A stretch of DNA of 64,000 bases from Camelus ferus (lineage: Eukaryota), in NCBI RefSeq assembly GCF_009834535.1, contig NC_045697.1:33296001-33360000 (forward strand), read 5' to 3'. Under the pieces are notes generated by a model. It was not told the DNA's origin, did no database searches, and worked only from the letters and a program-made list of their open reading frames with translations. The translations under genes and the position numbers were made by a program. Shown here one piece after another: positions 39,101 through 52,489 of the stretch (positions within the stretch are counted from its first letter, which is position 1; every line of letters starts with the position of its first letter).

Positions 39101-39749
39101 CGGTGTCTTTCTGCTGCACGATGCTCAACATATCACCTCAACATCCACATCTAAAAGGTCAGCCAGATCTGAGTAGCCCATTTTCCAGATGATTAACTGG
39201 TCGTAGAAAAGTTAATCAAGCAATCAACCTTTATTTTATGGCCGCCATATGCAAATCAATATTTAGTTACTGAGAGCACAGAAGATTCATGATACAGTAT
39301 CTTGCCTCAGTAAGCTCACAATCTTGTTAAGGTAACAAGAGACACATAAAAAGGTAATAAATAATCCAAGGTAGCAAATAATAAGTACCACATGCAATCC
39401 AGAGCCAACAACCGCTAAAGAAATTCAACAGAGAGAAAATTGAATCTGGGAGTTTCAATTCAGTTAAGAAAGATTGTTACTAAAAGGACCCATGCTGAGG
39501 TGGTCTTCACAGGAAAACTGGGGTTTAGATCAGCAGAGAGGATGAGGAAAAATAATTCTAGTGAGTGTGGATAACATGATCAAAGGCCAACGGAGCAGAT
39601 GGATTCTCATGAGAAAATGAAGAGACGACTTTGAAATGCAGGATGGATGGATGGCAAAGGGAAAATGAAGCAAAGAAGTAAACTGTAAAAACTTTTGATT
39701 GTCAAATTAGGAATTTACAGGAGGAGGAAAGGAATTGATTTTGTTTAAC

Positions 39750-39955
39750 TGACAATATGTGGGACCTGCTTTGTGTACACTTTTGTTTCCATGATCCTTT
39801 CAACAACCCTGTAAGGTAGGACGTTAAATACATCATGGCCATTTTAAATGAAAGTAAACAGATCCCCTGGCCAAGGTACAGTTTTGGGTATGTAGATGGA
39901 GCAGAATTTCTCATCTAGATCTATCTGCACGCAAGGCCTATATTCCTTCCACTGC
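39750..39955 (-). mobile_element. MIR SINE
   Basis: caacaaccctgtaaggtagg...ccattttaaatgaaagtaaac...ggccaaggtaca. Confidence 0.65.
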
Positions 39956-42900
39956 CCCCTCATTGCTGTCTACCAACAGCAGTGGGGAACCACTGAGGGT
40001 ATTTGATCAAGAGAAGAGAATGACACATGAAAAGCATCAACCAAAAGAAGGCTAATCTGACTGTGAGATACTAGCATATGTCCAATGTCAGGGAAGGATG
40101 GAGGAAGGAACACACCAAGCAAGAAGAGCCACTGAGTCAAATGCATTAAACTAAATAACACAGTGACAAGAATCTATATGCGAATGCCGACAAGGGAGGT
40201 GAAGAGAATAGAAGAGATTTTACAAAAGAAATATGAAGCAGTAAATGGTGATACCCAGGACCTGCAACAAGTAGTTTTTACTTCCCGACTAGACGCCCAT
40301 GGTGTAAATATTGCTCCTGAAAACTCAGAGACAAAAATCCAAGACCTAGCTCAAATATTTTAAGGTTTTGACAGCATATGATTTATTTAAAAGTGATAAA
40401 ATCTATGCCTTGGGAAAAAATCTGCTTTAGTGCAGCCTACCTCTCAAACCACCATCATGAACTATAACAGCCTTATGCTGGGCATTTGTCTACTGCATGA
40501 GTTTGACATGAGCTCCTTGCTGTACAGGCTGATGTGGACAGTAATTCCTTATATTCATGGTCATTCGACATGTTTCCATGACTAAGGAAACATTCTTTTC
40601 TTTTCCTTTTACTAGACTAACTGTACGTGAAACAACTGAGCTCTCCCTGAGAGATACCATGTGTCATATTGCTGAACATCATTCCTCCCCAGCACTTCTC
40701 TCTTCCAATACGACGTACCACTCAGGATTCAAGACAAAAACTAACAGCAATTAAATGGCATATTATTTAAAAACAAGTTGGGTCTTTTCTGAACTTTTCC
40801 AGCTCCTGAGCAATGCAAACCACACAACTGCCAAATTTATGTATAGAATTAACAACAACCTATATTTTTCAAAGACAGTATTTACATAAACATCCAGGCA
40901 TTTAGTCAATACATATCTTTTCAAGCAACTTAATATTGCAAAGTTGCCAACCTGGTGATAATCAGAATAATTATACAAATCTTTTATCAGTATCAAGTGT
41001 TCAAATAATTTATCTTAATTTTGAATTATTAATTAATCTGAACATCCTAATAAATATAATATATATGATAAATGTCATATAAATGATAATATATATATAT
41101 CTGCATATACACATGTCAGAATTGTCGAATAACAATATTTTGACTAGAATCATTTTAGGAATTACACACCTACCCTACTTTTACCTAATTCCCTTAGCAT
41201 CAGCCAACTATGCTGAAGGATAATTAAAATTTAGCATGTTAGCCAAGCTTAATTTCTTTCACCTCTATGGATAAAAACAGATTTGTTTCTCTGAGCTGAA
41301 AATAGATGTTTAAGTTCGAAATCAAACTGTGCCACAGACCAACAAAATTAGGCCTACAGCTAAAGGATATCTAAAACGCCTTTGGAAATTTCAAGAATGT
41401 CAAACCTGTGCTGTATTTTAGAAAAGTCACATGCATGCGTCAAGAAATATCATCACAGAATAATAAGTGTATTTCCTGAAATACAACCCAGATAGTCTTT
41501 CATTATTTTTTTTATGTTCTTCATATCTCCATATCTGTACCAATATGAAAGTAGGCATCTGTAAAATTCAGTGAGGGAAACCGGAGATACTGCACAAACG
41601 CATCTGCCCAATAACGTTACACTTTCACATACTCTAAGTTTGAAAAACTTAGCCATTATGAATAAAACTAATTTAAAAACTCTTCATGCACAAAGTCTGG
41701 GCTCTATATGACTTCTGTAAAAGGTATGTTAAATACATTGTGTATGTATAAAAGAAATCAGAAATAATGTTTATTTCATATACCTTATTTTTTATTATCT
41801 ATGTTTGTTTAATATGGGGCAATACATTCATATATTAAAAATGTATTAAAATATAAATATTACCCTTAACTTTTAAAGGCATTATTTTGTGAGCGTTCAA
41901 AAAAAAGAAAACTATTTTTACCTCCCAGTCCTGGTCTAAGCCGATTATCGTAACCATCCAGAAGTCTGTCTAGAATTCTTGTAAAGATGGTAATGTTATT
42001 TTTAGCCTCATCTTCTTGGATGTTAGCCAGCACCAACCTAAACAGATAATTTTACAAGCTGATATATATACATATGTGTGTTTTGCAAGCGCTAACATGC
42101 TCTTCTTCCTTGATTTGAATTTTAAGTCTCCCTAAGCTATCAGTGCCACCCGTTTTCCTCCTTTTTTTTTTCCACTTCTATAAATACCAGTCTGCCTGTG
42201 GGAAAGGTAAACATGCTGTTGGAAATGGATAGTAAATACTAGATTATCAGAAAGTTTGATGTCAAAATTATTTCAGATTTCTAACACAGAGCATTCTGTG
42301 TGAACTAGTCATTTTTTCTAAAATCCACTCCCTAGAATATATTATGATTGTAGAGTATCACATGCAGACAGTATTAGTGATGTTACACTGCATTTAGAAA
42401 GGTACAAAAACCAAAGGGACCCCTGACATAATTCTTCAGTGATTTGAATATTAATTGGAAAATGAACTGCCTCCTTGGAGGCACAAAATTTCTCTTCCTT
42501 CCTCATAAATGTCTTTTCTTTTTATGTCTTTTTCTCTTTTAAAGCAAGATGATTTCCTTACTTTGGGTATACCTCCACCCAATGGCCAAGTGCAATATAG
42601 ACATCAGGGAAACTCCGCTGGCTGTGTGCCAGGCTCCAATGTAGCCAGGAGGTGGAGGTGGGCTCTGGGAGGATCAGCAGCACACACACAGCTGCAGAAA
42701 GCCTTGGAGGAGGACCCCTCCTGACTGGTCTCTGAGGAAAGTGACAGAGGTCATCCAAAGATTAAAATGCTTAGCTATTTTGTATGTGCGTGTGTGGGTG
42801 TGTGTGAGTGAGATAAATTTGCGGAAAGAATAAATGGTCTTAAAATATCACCGGAAAAGGGTTGCAACAGTGATTTTCTCCATTATTTCTCCATCAGAAA

Positions 42901-44349
42901 GCCAGAGACCTGATTTTGTGACATTCAGCAATTTGGTGCAGAAGCAACTGGATGTATAAAACAGAATGTCCCTTTTCACTGCCATTTTTTTTTTTTTTTT
43001 ACCCAGAATGATTCAGAGATTTAAATTACTGGCCCCAAAAAAGAATCGTTTATATAATAGAATAAAATACTGGCATGAACATTACAGGTCAAATATAGAA
43101 CAGAAAACTAGTAGATGGAAATATGGATAAGGACTGAGGACTTTCAGTGATTATTAACTAGCCACAGTTTACTTACTCCTTTAAAATCAAAGATTACATG
43201 TAATTGCATTCTGATCAAGGTGTATTGTGTGAAATATCAGTGACAGAATTTATTTGCATTTAAATGATTACACAGCTAGTAGCTAAAAATAGCAGTAATA
43301 CATAAAAAAATTGGTAACCAACTTCAAATACTCTCTTGATAGAAAAGAAAATATTAAAATACTGATATAAACATTTTTAAATTATGTAAGCAAATTATTT
43401 CATACCTTCAAGCCTCAAAAGTTTTTATATTGCCTTAAGCTAATTTTAAAAACAGTCCCTAAGATAGTCATAAACTTCCACTTAGGGATTTTTCATGGGA
43501 AAGTGTTTTTTAATCACATACCACATTTGCTTTCTAAAGTCAATACTAAGATTTTAAATGAAGAGATACTTTCCAATTAAAAACAAGGCTTTATAAAGAG
43601 ATCCCTCAATTCTAGAAAGTATTTTCATACTTTGACAATTACTCAGACAGGAAAATAAAAATTTCAAATGGAAATAAAGGCATTACAAAATCATAGAGAC
43701 TAACTGTTCTTTTTTTTAAAGGAATGGTTACATGGACATTCTTATGAATTTTACATTTTAAGTCTTCTGGTATTTTGAAAACCATAGCCTACATTTAGGT
43801 AGTAAATACAAGATGGCCACTTTTCTGATTTTTAATGATCAGACTACAATTAAGATGAAGTTATTGAAAGCAATAGAACTTTAATTTCATGTTTGTAGAA
43901 TATAAGCAAAATAAAATTGGTTACATTTTCAAAATAAGTACTTTTTATGACAGGACAATTTTAGGAATAAAAAAATCTCTAAATCAATAATATGAAAAGT
44001 TGATTAATAAATCAAGCTTTTGTTTTATTGTTTGTGATTGTGAAGTTGTATACTACCTCCACCTAGAGGTTTGAGACTCACACATCATTTGGTTTTTCTA
44101 TATTGACTGAAAGAGCCAAAACCACTTAAGAAAAAAAAAAAAGGAAGGAAGCAAGAAAAACAAAAAGAAAGAAAAAAGAAAAGAAGTTAACACTTAAATC
44201 ATTTTAGTTTGTGCTTTTCTCTTTGGCTGAAAGGAAAACAGTTGGCTTCTTTACTGAATTTTAGTGTTAGTACAGTGGCTCATAACTTAACCACTTCAAT
44301 TCCTTGCAAGAATATGTCATTCAAAGGATATTCTTTTCTTTGGTGATCT

Positions 44350-44364
44350 CTTTTCCTTTCTTTT

Positions 44365-44416
<52 letters not shown>

Positions 44417-44446
44417 TATTTTCTTTCTTTCTTTTCTTTCTTTCTT
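44350..44446. repeat. (TTTC)n tract
   Basis: directly visible. Confidence 0.95.
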
Positions 44447-45740
44447 AAATGTTTCTATTCGTTTTTGTCTTTAATAACTAAAAACAAGAAGCAGTGAACT
44501 TTTACTTGTCTGCCCTTTATAGTTCAGTTTTCTGGCACAACCTTTTTTCAAGAGAAATGATCCTTCAGAATACTTCAGATTCGCAAAAAGCCACCTCTGT
44601 TTTGATGGCATTCAAGAAATACACCTTTACCCTGAATTTAAAATGTCAAAAACAGTAAATAAGTGTCTCACCTGGCTGGGTCCCACACCAAGAAAACAAG
44701 AAGCAGCAACTGCATGCTGTGGACGTTCAGTTTCGTCTTCATCGCCACTCTTTGTAAAGTCTTGGAAGAAAAACAAAACAGACTTAAAATTACATTCAGT
44801 CTCACCAACCAAATGGCCCCAAAGAATAACATTTCCACTGGGAATTAGAGTTAAAGCATATGGAGATTATTCCAGCGGAGTGAGTGTAGGCTGTGATGAC
44901 CCAAGGATTTTTTTTTTTTCTTTTCTTTTCTTTTCTTTCTTTTCTTCTCTGGGAAGAAAGACGACCAAATAATCAGACTTTGCTCTGCCAGGAACTTCCC
45001 CCAGCCCCATCGTAAGCAAACACTGTTTTGTGCACACACACGTAATAATAACACACGGGACCCTGAGCTAGAGAATAGAATGGTTTGGAGGGGAGAGCGA
45101 AAAAGGGGAGGAGAGATGGGTACTTCGTGCCACAGTCCCCTCCACCAAGACCACCCCCGCATTCACAGCGAGAAAAGCAAAGGGCAGCCAGCCCACTTTT
45201 TTCGATTATTATTCTTTCATTACAATGAACTGCAGTCCTCACGTCTTCACTACTTCACTCTCTTTAAAATAAATTAAAATAAAATAAATAAAATAACCTC
45301 CCTCACTGCCCATCCACAGTTGCCCAAGACCACGTCTTGGAGGCAGACGGGTTCGGATTAACTGCTGCGAAACGACGCGTTTGACAGCTGTTCCGGAGCC
45401 GAGGATCACAATCCGAGCAGGAGCGCGAGGCTCCGGGATCCAGCAGAGGCAGGCAGGCAGCGGCGATCACCGAGTGCAAAGTTGGAGACTATAAAAGAGA
45501 CAGGCTAACGTGCTGCCCGGCCGGCCGGGCGTCTCGGGTTTTATTGTAGTTGCAAATACGCTTCTGGTGAAGAGTATCGAAATTGTTTTTTAAATGTTCT
45601 GGGGAGGAGGGGGCGACCCGAGCATCCTCGGTTGCCAGCGAGCATCTGAGAGTCGGGTGGGGGGAGATGAGGCATGCACGGGAGGCAAAGGTAAATGGGG
45701 AAGTCATGGTCCCAGCTGGGACCAACGCGTGCGACCTTAC

Positions 45741-45805
45741 CAGAAACAGCAAGCAGAACTGGGTGTTTTCCTCCCTTTGCCCTGATCTCGAATAGATAGG
45801 AAACT

Positions 45806-45901
<96 letters not shown>

Positions 45902-46150
45902 GAGATTGAGGGAGACAGAGAGAGAGGGAGAGAGGGAGAGAGAGAGAGAGATTGCAGCAGCCGGGCGAGCGGGGAGCGATGAGCTGATGGAAGCCGAAGG
46001 AGAGCGTGAGGAGCGGTGGCAGCGGCGGCGCGAGGAGTAGAAGGAGGCGAAGGCGTCCGTAGTGGCGGTGATGGGCGGAGGAGGAGGAAGAGGAGGAGGG
46101 GGAAGCGTTGGCAGGAGCGGGCGGGGTAGGGGGGATGCGAGCAGCGGCGC
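45741..46150 (-). other. probable non-coding first exon of an unidentified gene (TSS position uncertain)
   Basis: consensus donor CTG|GTAAGG at 45741/45740 inside the island; no minus-strand ATG between 45741 and ~46550; by eye (not computed) the plus strand left of it looks A-rich, as expected for minus-strand transcription. Confidence 0.65.
45807..45950. repeat. (AG)46 perfect microsatellite (45807-45898) plus degenerate GA extension
   Basis: directly counted. Confidence 0.97.
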
Positions 46151-49100
46151 GGTGCGCGCAGGCAGCAGCGGGCACGAGCCCCACGCCTGGAGTAGGAGGA
46201 GCCAGGCCTGGGAGGAGGGCTAACGAGGTTCCCCCGAACGCAGGGACCCCGTACCCCCGCCCGGATCCCGGGTAACCGCCCGCCGCCCGCCGTGCACCTG
46301 CAGCGGCACAGCCACGGGCGGCGGCGAGCGCGCGGGTGCGCCCGGAGCACCGCTCCCCGCGCCCACGCCGCGCCAGAGGAGCTGAGCCCACGCGCCGCCT
46401 GGGACTGCTCCCCGCCGCCGCCCGCCGGGGCTCCCCGGAGGCCCCGAGGTTCCTGGGGGGCTGCGGGTGGGTGCTGGTGTGGAGTCGGGAATGCAGTGTG
46501 TCTGTGCAGCCCTAGAACCCCGGGGCGTCGCCCTGCCGCCTGCCCCCTAACATGCCCTAGCTCTGGAGAGACGTGGCTGCCGAGAAGAGGTGAAGAGGTA
46601 CCGCTCCCGAGGGAGCGCGAGGGGACTAATCACGCCTGTACTTGGTCATCGGCGCAACCACGGAGCGCCAAGTTCCAGGCATGTTGCGTGGAATCAAACA
46701 GCAGGAAGTTTCTTTGATTTTCTGAGCCCTCTTGCTGTACCACACTCATTCCTTCACACTCCTGCCATCAGCACCAATTTTCCCTCAAAGCTCTGTGGGC
46801 TGGAGACTTCCCAGGAGCCGGTCAGTAAAGTCCATTATACACCTTGGGAAACCCGCTCCCTCTCAGCAATTCTTCCCCCCAATCTCTTTTCACAGGCAAC
46901 CTCCCGAGCTGGTCATCAAACTCAATCGACCGCTCTAAAAAAGTTTACATCCTCCCCCAACCCCCCCACCCCCACCCAAACCCCCACCCCCACTGCCAGC
47001 AGGAGGGGACCTGATTTTTCTATTACCGCCACAAGTTCTTTCCCCACAGAGGACAATGTGGTAGGTGTTGAGGTCTTCTCTTTTCAGGGCTTTTTTGCTG
47101 GCTTGGAGACCTGTTGTAATTTCAGCCCCAGCCGTACACTTGCAGCACCGTGTTTGATCTGTGTCATTTCTCTTTATCTGAGATGATAAAATCCAAACGT
47201 GCAACTTGAGCAACAACAGAAAGAACATTTTCCTTTTTTGTACTGCACATAAGACAGAATGCTATGTACACCTTTCTAAGACAAAGCAGAGTGGGTGTTT
47301 CTCATCAAGAAGTTGTTATAAATGTGAGACATTTTAAAAGAAAAAAAGAGAAAGGTCTGCTGATACATTTCCGTCGTTTAACATTCAGTCAATATACGCC
47401 AAATACTTCAATTTCCTAAGTTATGAACCCCAAATTCAGATGTTTTTCCTGGATGGTGCAGTTTTCATAACAGGCACTGCTAATCTACAGTAAATTTTAG
47501 CTTTGCTTTGAAGATTATGTGAGGAGAGTAAAACCTTTACATTGTAAATATTTCAAGCTGTTCTTTTTAACCTATTAATCACCACTTTCTGAATGAGCAT
47601 TTAATAAGCTACAACCTAAACAAACATTTGCTCTATTTAGCTGCCTCTGTGAAGAACACCAACCAGCCTTCTCCTCCATCATTAATATTCTCTTCCTGAC
47701 TTGCCCACTGCAGAGTCTAATTGAAATTCAAAAAGATAAAAAGCATGCCATTTAAAACCTTGCAACTAGGGAATCTAAACATCTCCTACTTGGTGTGAAC
47801 ACTTCACTTCCTACTGTATTTTCCTATTTTCCATTTCCATGACTCAATCTTCATTTAGCTCTCTATCGCTTCACTATTTATATTATTACTAAATTGTTTA
47901 TATTATTATAATGGTGGTCGAACAGCTCATGGTTTCTTTCCAACCTTAGTTGCTATGCTACAAAATCTCCCTTTCATGAATGTAACACTTTTTTTGTAAA
48001 TATCTTTGTACATTATTTTCATACTTATCACGATAGTCCCTCGGATTCTAATGATGAATGATGGAATTTAGTTTTAATTGCTTTATCTCAAAATTTGTAT
48101 TTATTGAAATTTGTTCTAAAAAATTAGCTTTTCCCACTAGCATCCTTAATAAATTTCTAATCTCATTGCTATATGACCCATTTATATGGAACTTCACAAA
48201 GTTCAAACTATTTTTGATGATTTCACCACTTACTTTTTGAAAAACTGTATGCTAGAACAGTCTGTGGATTTGGATATGCACTTACTTGAGAGAGACTTAG
48301 TAAAAGCTAGATTCAAAAAATTCACTACAAAAACCGTGATTTTTAGTTCTTCCCCACAAAATGCTTTACAATGTTATTGAAGCTGGATAGCTGTGATTTA
48401 AACTTCAAAGCACACATTAAAGGAAATGGAAATCAGAAAACTGATTGCAAGCAGTGGACCTCTACCTTTATAGAAATATCTATACTGATATTTCACTGTG
48501 TTACTAATCCAGCCAAATTTTTTTCTAGGATTGTCCAGCTCCCATAAATATCTGATAAATCCAGTCTGATTTCCTTCTTTCCTCTCTGTAATGGAGTGCA
48601 TCGAACTGCCTGTGATTTGAGAGCTGGCCTGTGTAGGTCATGACTAAGCTCTTCCTACCCACTCCTTTTGGAGCAGGTCCTAAGGCAACCAATGCCGTAG
48701 AAGATCTGACAACTAATTGGTGGCCAGTAAACCCATTCCCACCCCAGCTCAGGCAGCACAAAACCTTCTGCTTGACCATGTTTCAGTTACTTTCCCGTGA
48801 TTTGGATGGGACGGGGGCGGGGGTCACTTCTTACATATTCCCATCCCTGACACCCAAGTCCCTAAGGAGATTTCCACATGAGGACCAAAAATAAAAGAAG
48901 ATGAAGAATTTAGGGATCGTGGTTTTGTCTGATTTTGTTTCCTGATAGCTCACAATATTGTACCATTTTAAAATTCATTTAAAATTTAAAATTCACAAAA
49001 CTGTTCATGTTTTTTAGCAGCTATTTTGTAGAGCTTCCATTTTTAGGGCTCAGCTATATAAAGACTTGGCACTACTGCTCCAGGGAACTACTACTCTGTA

Positions 49101-50319
49101 ATCTATATATAGGGAATCTCACGAATCTTTAGGTTTTACAAGATAATATGTCTATATAAGGATATAGAATAGATGTACGTATATATTATATATGCATACG
49201 TGCACACAGATGTACAGATAGTTCTCGGTAGAAAGGTGTCTGGACTAATACAGATAGGCAGAAGGATTTAATGAGACTAGCATTTATATAACACATTTCT
49301 ACGAAATGCTTTTAGCCTGACTGCCACATAATTTGGGCTTAGTGATTTTTACATACTTTGAAGAGAAGTACCAGAATTGGTTCAACAAGAATAGCATCTC
49401 ACCATATTTACAAATTTTAAAATACCAGCATGTATTTCATATAATAAATATATATACACTTTACAGACTTTCCTATGTGAGTCATTCATTCAAATGAGAA
49501 TATATATTTGTGCAAAAATAGGAACTAAAGCAGAGATTATCCTGTTTTCACAGAATTAAATACTAGTCGGTACTCTTCCCCAGGATGCTTTACTAGTTTC
49601 AGCAGGTTTGGAGTGCAAGTCTATTCTCACATATTGACCACACTGTAATTGAGGAAAAAAAAAAAAAAAAAAAAACTGGAGCAAATACCCATTTGGTAAT
49701 TCTCAAGTCAAAACTATGACCGTCAAGCTCCATTTTTTCCTGTAAGTTGCATTTAGATCAGTGGTTCTAATATGTCCACTAGGCTCTAAGATTTTGCAAG
49801 AAGTAACAGCTGGAAAGTGGGAGGAACTAGCCTTATAAACAAATAATTCCAAAATTCCTCTGCTAAATAAATGTATCTAGGGCACATTTCATTAGAGCTA
49901 AATATATCACATATACTAGCTTGGATAAACTATGCACATTACCTTCTTAAAACAGATTAACTCTCTGTTTATAAAATAATTTTACAAACCTTACCCAACT
50001 TGCAAATCAAATATATCACACATTCAGGATACCCTAGTGGTTTCTAAGATTTAAAAAAACCAACTACTTACATCAAATACATATACAGAGTAATTTGTGA
50101 GGAAATCCTTTTGCTTTCCTTTTGTGAAATTATAGACAGAATTTGTTTCCAGGCTCTTCAGCTGCTTTCTAAAACAAAGAGAACATTCCAGTAATACAGA
50201 CCAAAAGCTCCCTCATTGGAAAATACACTGTTCATTTCATTGAAGAATAAGCTACTACATGATGGACAGCTTTTGCCTATGAGGCATGTTCCCTAAATAA
50301 TAATAATTGTAATGAAAAT

Positions 50320-50555
50320 AATAAACATAAACGTATAATATCTTCATTAGTATAAAAACTTGGATCCCATTCTAAGTACTTCAGATTTATTTAATTACTC
50401 TTCAAAGCAAAAGTTACATTATTGTTACTCCCATTTCACTGATACAAAACTTAAGGCACAAAAAGGTCAAGTTAACTTATGACCTTCCAGTGGAGGAGCC
50501 AGGTGTAGAGCCCAAGCAGTCTGGGTCCATGCTTAATGTCTATACTGCACTGCCT
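50320..50555 (-). mobile_element. MIR SINE
   Basis: ctcccatttcactgatacaaaacttaaggcac...ggagccaggtgtagagcccaagcagtctgg. Confidence 0.7.
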
Positions 50556-51861
50556 CTGTTGTTCCTTGACAGCCTAAATTCAGCTTCCCATGTGTAGTCT
50601 CACCCTTTAAACTTTGGACAAAATGTTTAACTGATGACATGTTGGTGTTATCTGAGTAGTATAAGTCTGTTAGTGACAGCCATATATTCATTTAACGAGT
50701 CTAATTGAGTGTCTGTTATGTACAAGACACCATTAGACACCACTCTGGATACAATGATGATAAGGCATGGTCCCTACTCTCATGGGAGATTATATCAAAT
50801 TGAAAAGGCATGAAATAATATATGTTGTTAATTGCGAACAAATTAACGACCAAGGCCTATACATGTTCTCTAAAAACTGTATGTTTCTAAATCAATACCT
50901 TTACTAAGTAATAACGTGCAGCTTGAGAAAAAGAATGCAACATAGGGCGTGTTTCTTTGAATAATTCACAAATCTAGTTGTTACCATGTAACAATTAATA
51001 AGTTGATTCTTATTATTAAGAAGACTATTAAGTACTTTCCATGATGCAAAAAGCCACTTAAGAAGAAGCCCCTAGGACCAGGAAATGATCACATCCAGAG
51101 TGAGAAAAAAGATCTATTTTATATGCATATTTTCTGAATAATAACAACTCGTCAAACAAAATGTTGCAGAGGAAGCCAGTAATAATAACAACAAAATCAG
51201 AGGAGGGAGGACGTCCAAGACCTAGTTTGGGCCTATTTGTATACATCTCAGGTGAGAGAAGATTGGTTTCACCTGAAGGATTATTCCCATATCATTTTTT
51301 TTTTTAGCATCCAAAACTCTTTCATCATGAGAGGAAGAGAGGATATACTTAGTGTGAAGAAATAAGTGAAACCATAAACAGGCCATGAGTATTTCATGGT
51401 CAGTCAGAGAGACATGAAAGAGAAAATAGAAACCAATTATTTCTAAGAAAAAGTGAAAAATACCATGGCAAATTCATTATGGATATCAAATTATTTTAAA
51501 TAATGATATGTAGACCATTTCCCTTTCTAGAGAACTCTTTGTATTTGCCAGAGTATCTTGCTCATAGATGCCCGATAAATAATTGCTGATTTCTTTGTAG
51601 AGTTAAGCACTTTGGAATACAAATCGGGAGCCTTAGTGCCAGAGTTTAAAATGCCATGACCTTGGGCAATCACAGCTATAACATACTGGTAACTCTCAAA
51701 GCTTTCTCCACCTCTCACAGCTCACTGTACATCACTGGTAGACAACATCTTTCCTCGAAAGGCATCTCCTCTGATGTTCTCTATTGTATCATACCACCAT
51801 CCTCCCACCAAAATCCCCCAAACTGGGAGTCATTCTCAACTGTTTTTCCTCAGCACCCTCC

Positions 51862-51864
<3 letters not shown>

Positions 51865-51930
<66 letters not shown>
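51865..51930. repeat. (AC)33 microsatellite
   Basis: directly visible. Confidence 0.95.
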
Positions 51931-51932
<2 letters not shown>

Positions 51933-52489
51933 ACTGTTGCTGAGAAAATACCTCCTATCTATCCATTATTCTGATCCACTCTGCCCCTTACCGATTCCAT
52001 TGCCTTGGCCTTGCCCTCATTTGGTCCACTGCAGTACCAATAAGAAATTGCTTACTAACTGGTTTCTCTACCTCCAATCTCAGTTTTCTTCAGTTTATTC
52101 CCTACAGGTCCAGCAAAGAGTTTTCCAAAACCAATTTGATAGAGTCTCTCAACCATTTAAAATTCTTTGTTGATAAACATATAAGGTGTAAACTCTTTTG
52201 CACATCGTATCTGATCCATTTATATCTCTAGCCTCAACTATGATCTTTCCATCAACACGTTGTCTCTCTCACACACACATGTGCACACTCACACATACAC
52301 ATCAATCACCATAATCAGCATTCATTTCTCAACATCATCCTGTTCTCTATGCTCCCTACAAGTGAAAATGTTTGTTTCTCTCAATGGCCAGTAGCTTCAT
52401 TGTCTCTATGCTTTGGCTTTCCATTGCCCCCTTCAACTGGAATGCCATTTTCACATCATCTACTTGGTGAGTGCTTTAAACTTCAGCCC

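Larger units (their letters stand above)
45300..46700. promoter_or_regulatory. CpG island promoter
   Basis: abrupt rise in GC and CpG density against CpG-depleted AT-rich flanks; GC boxes (gggcgg at ~46073 and ~46119). Confidence 0.93.

Noticed and set aside
45741..46150. Assigning a gene symbol to the CpG-island first exon
   Set aside because: No coding sequence in the window and no UTR I recognise with confidence
45489..46391. 300-aa and 181-aa minus-strand ORFs and other CpG-island ORFs
   Set aside because: Non-ATG starts and stop-poor GC-rich sequence; the (SL)n stretch is simply the (CT)n repeat; no recognisable domain; the longest runs through a splice donor
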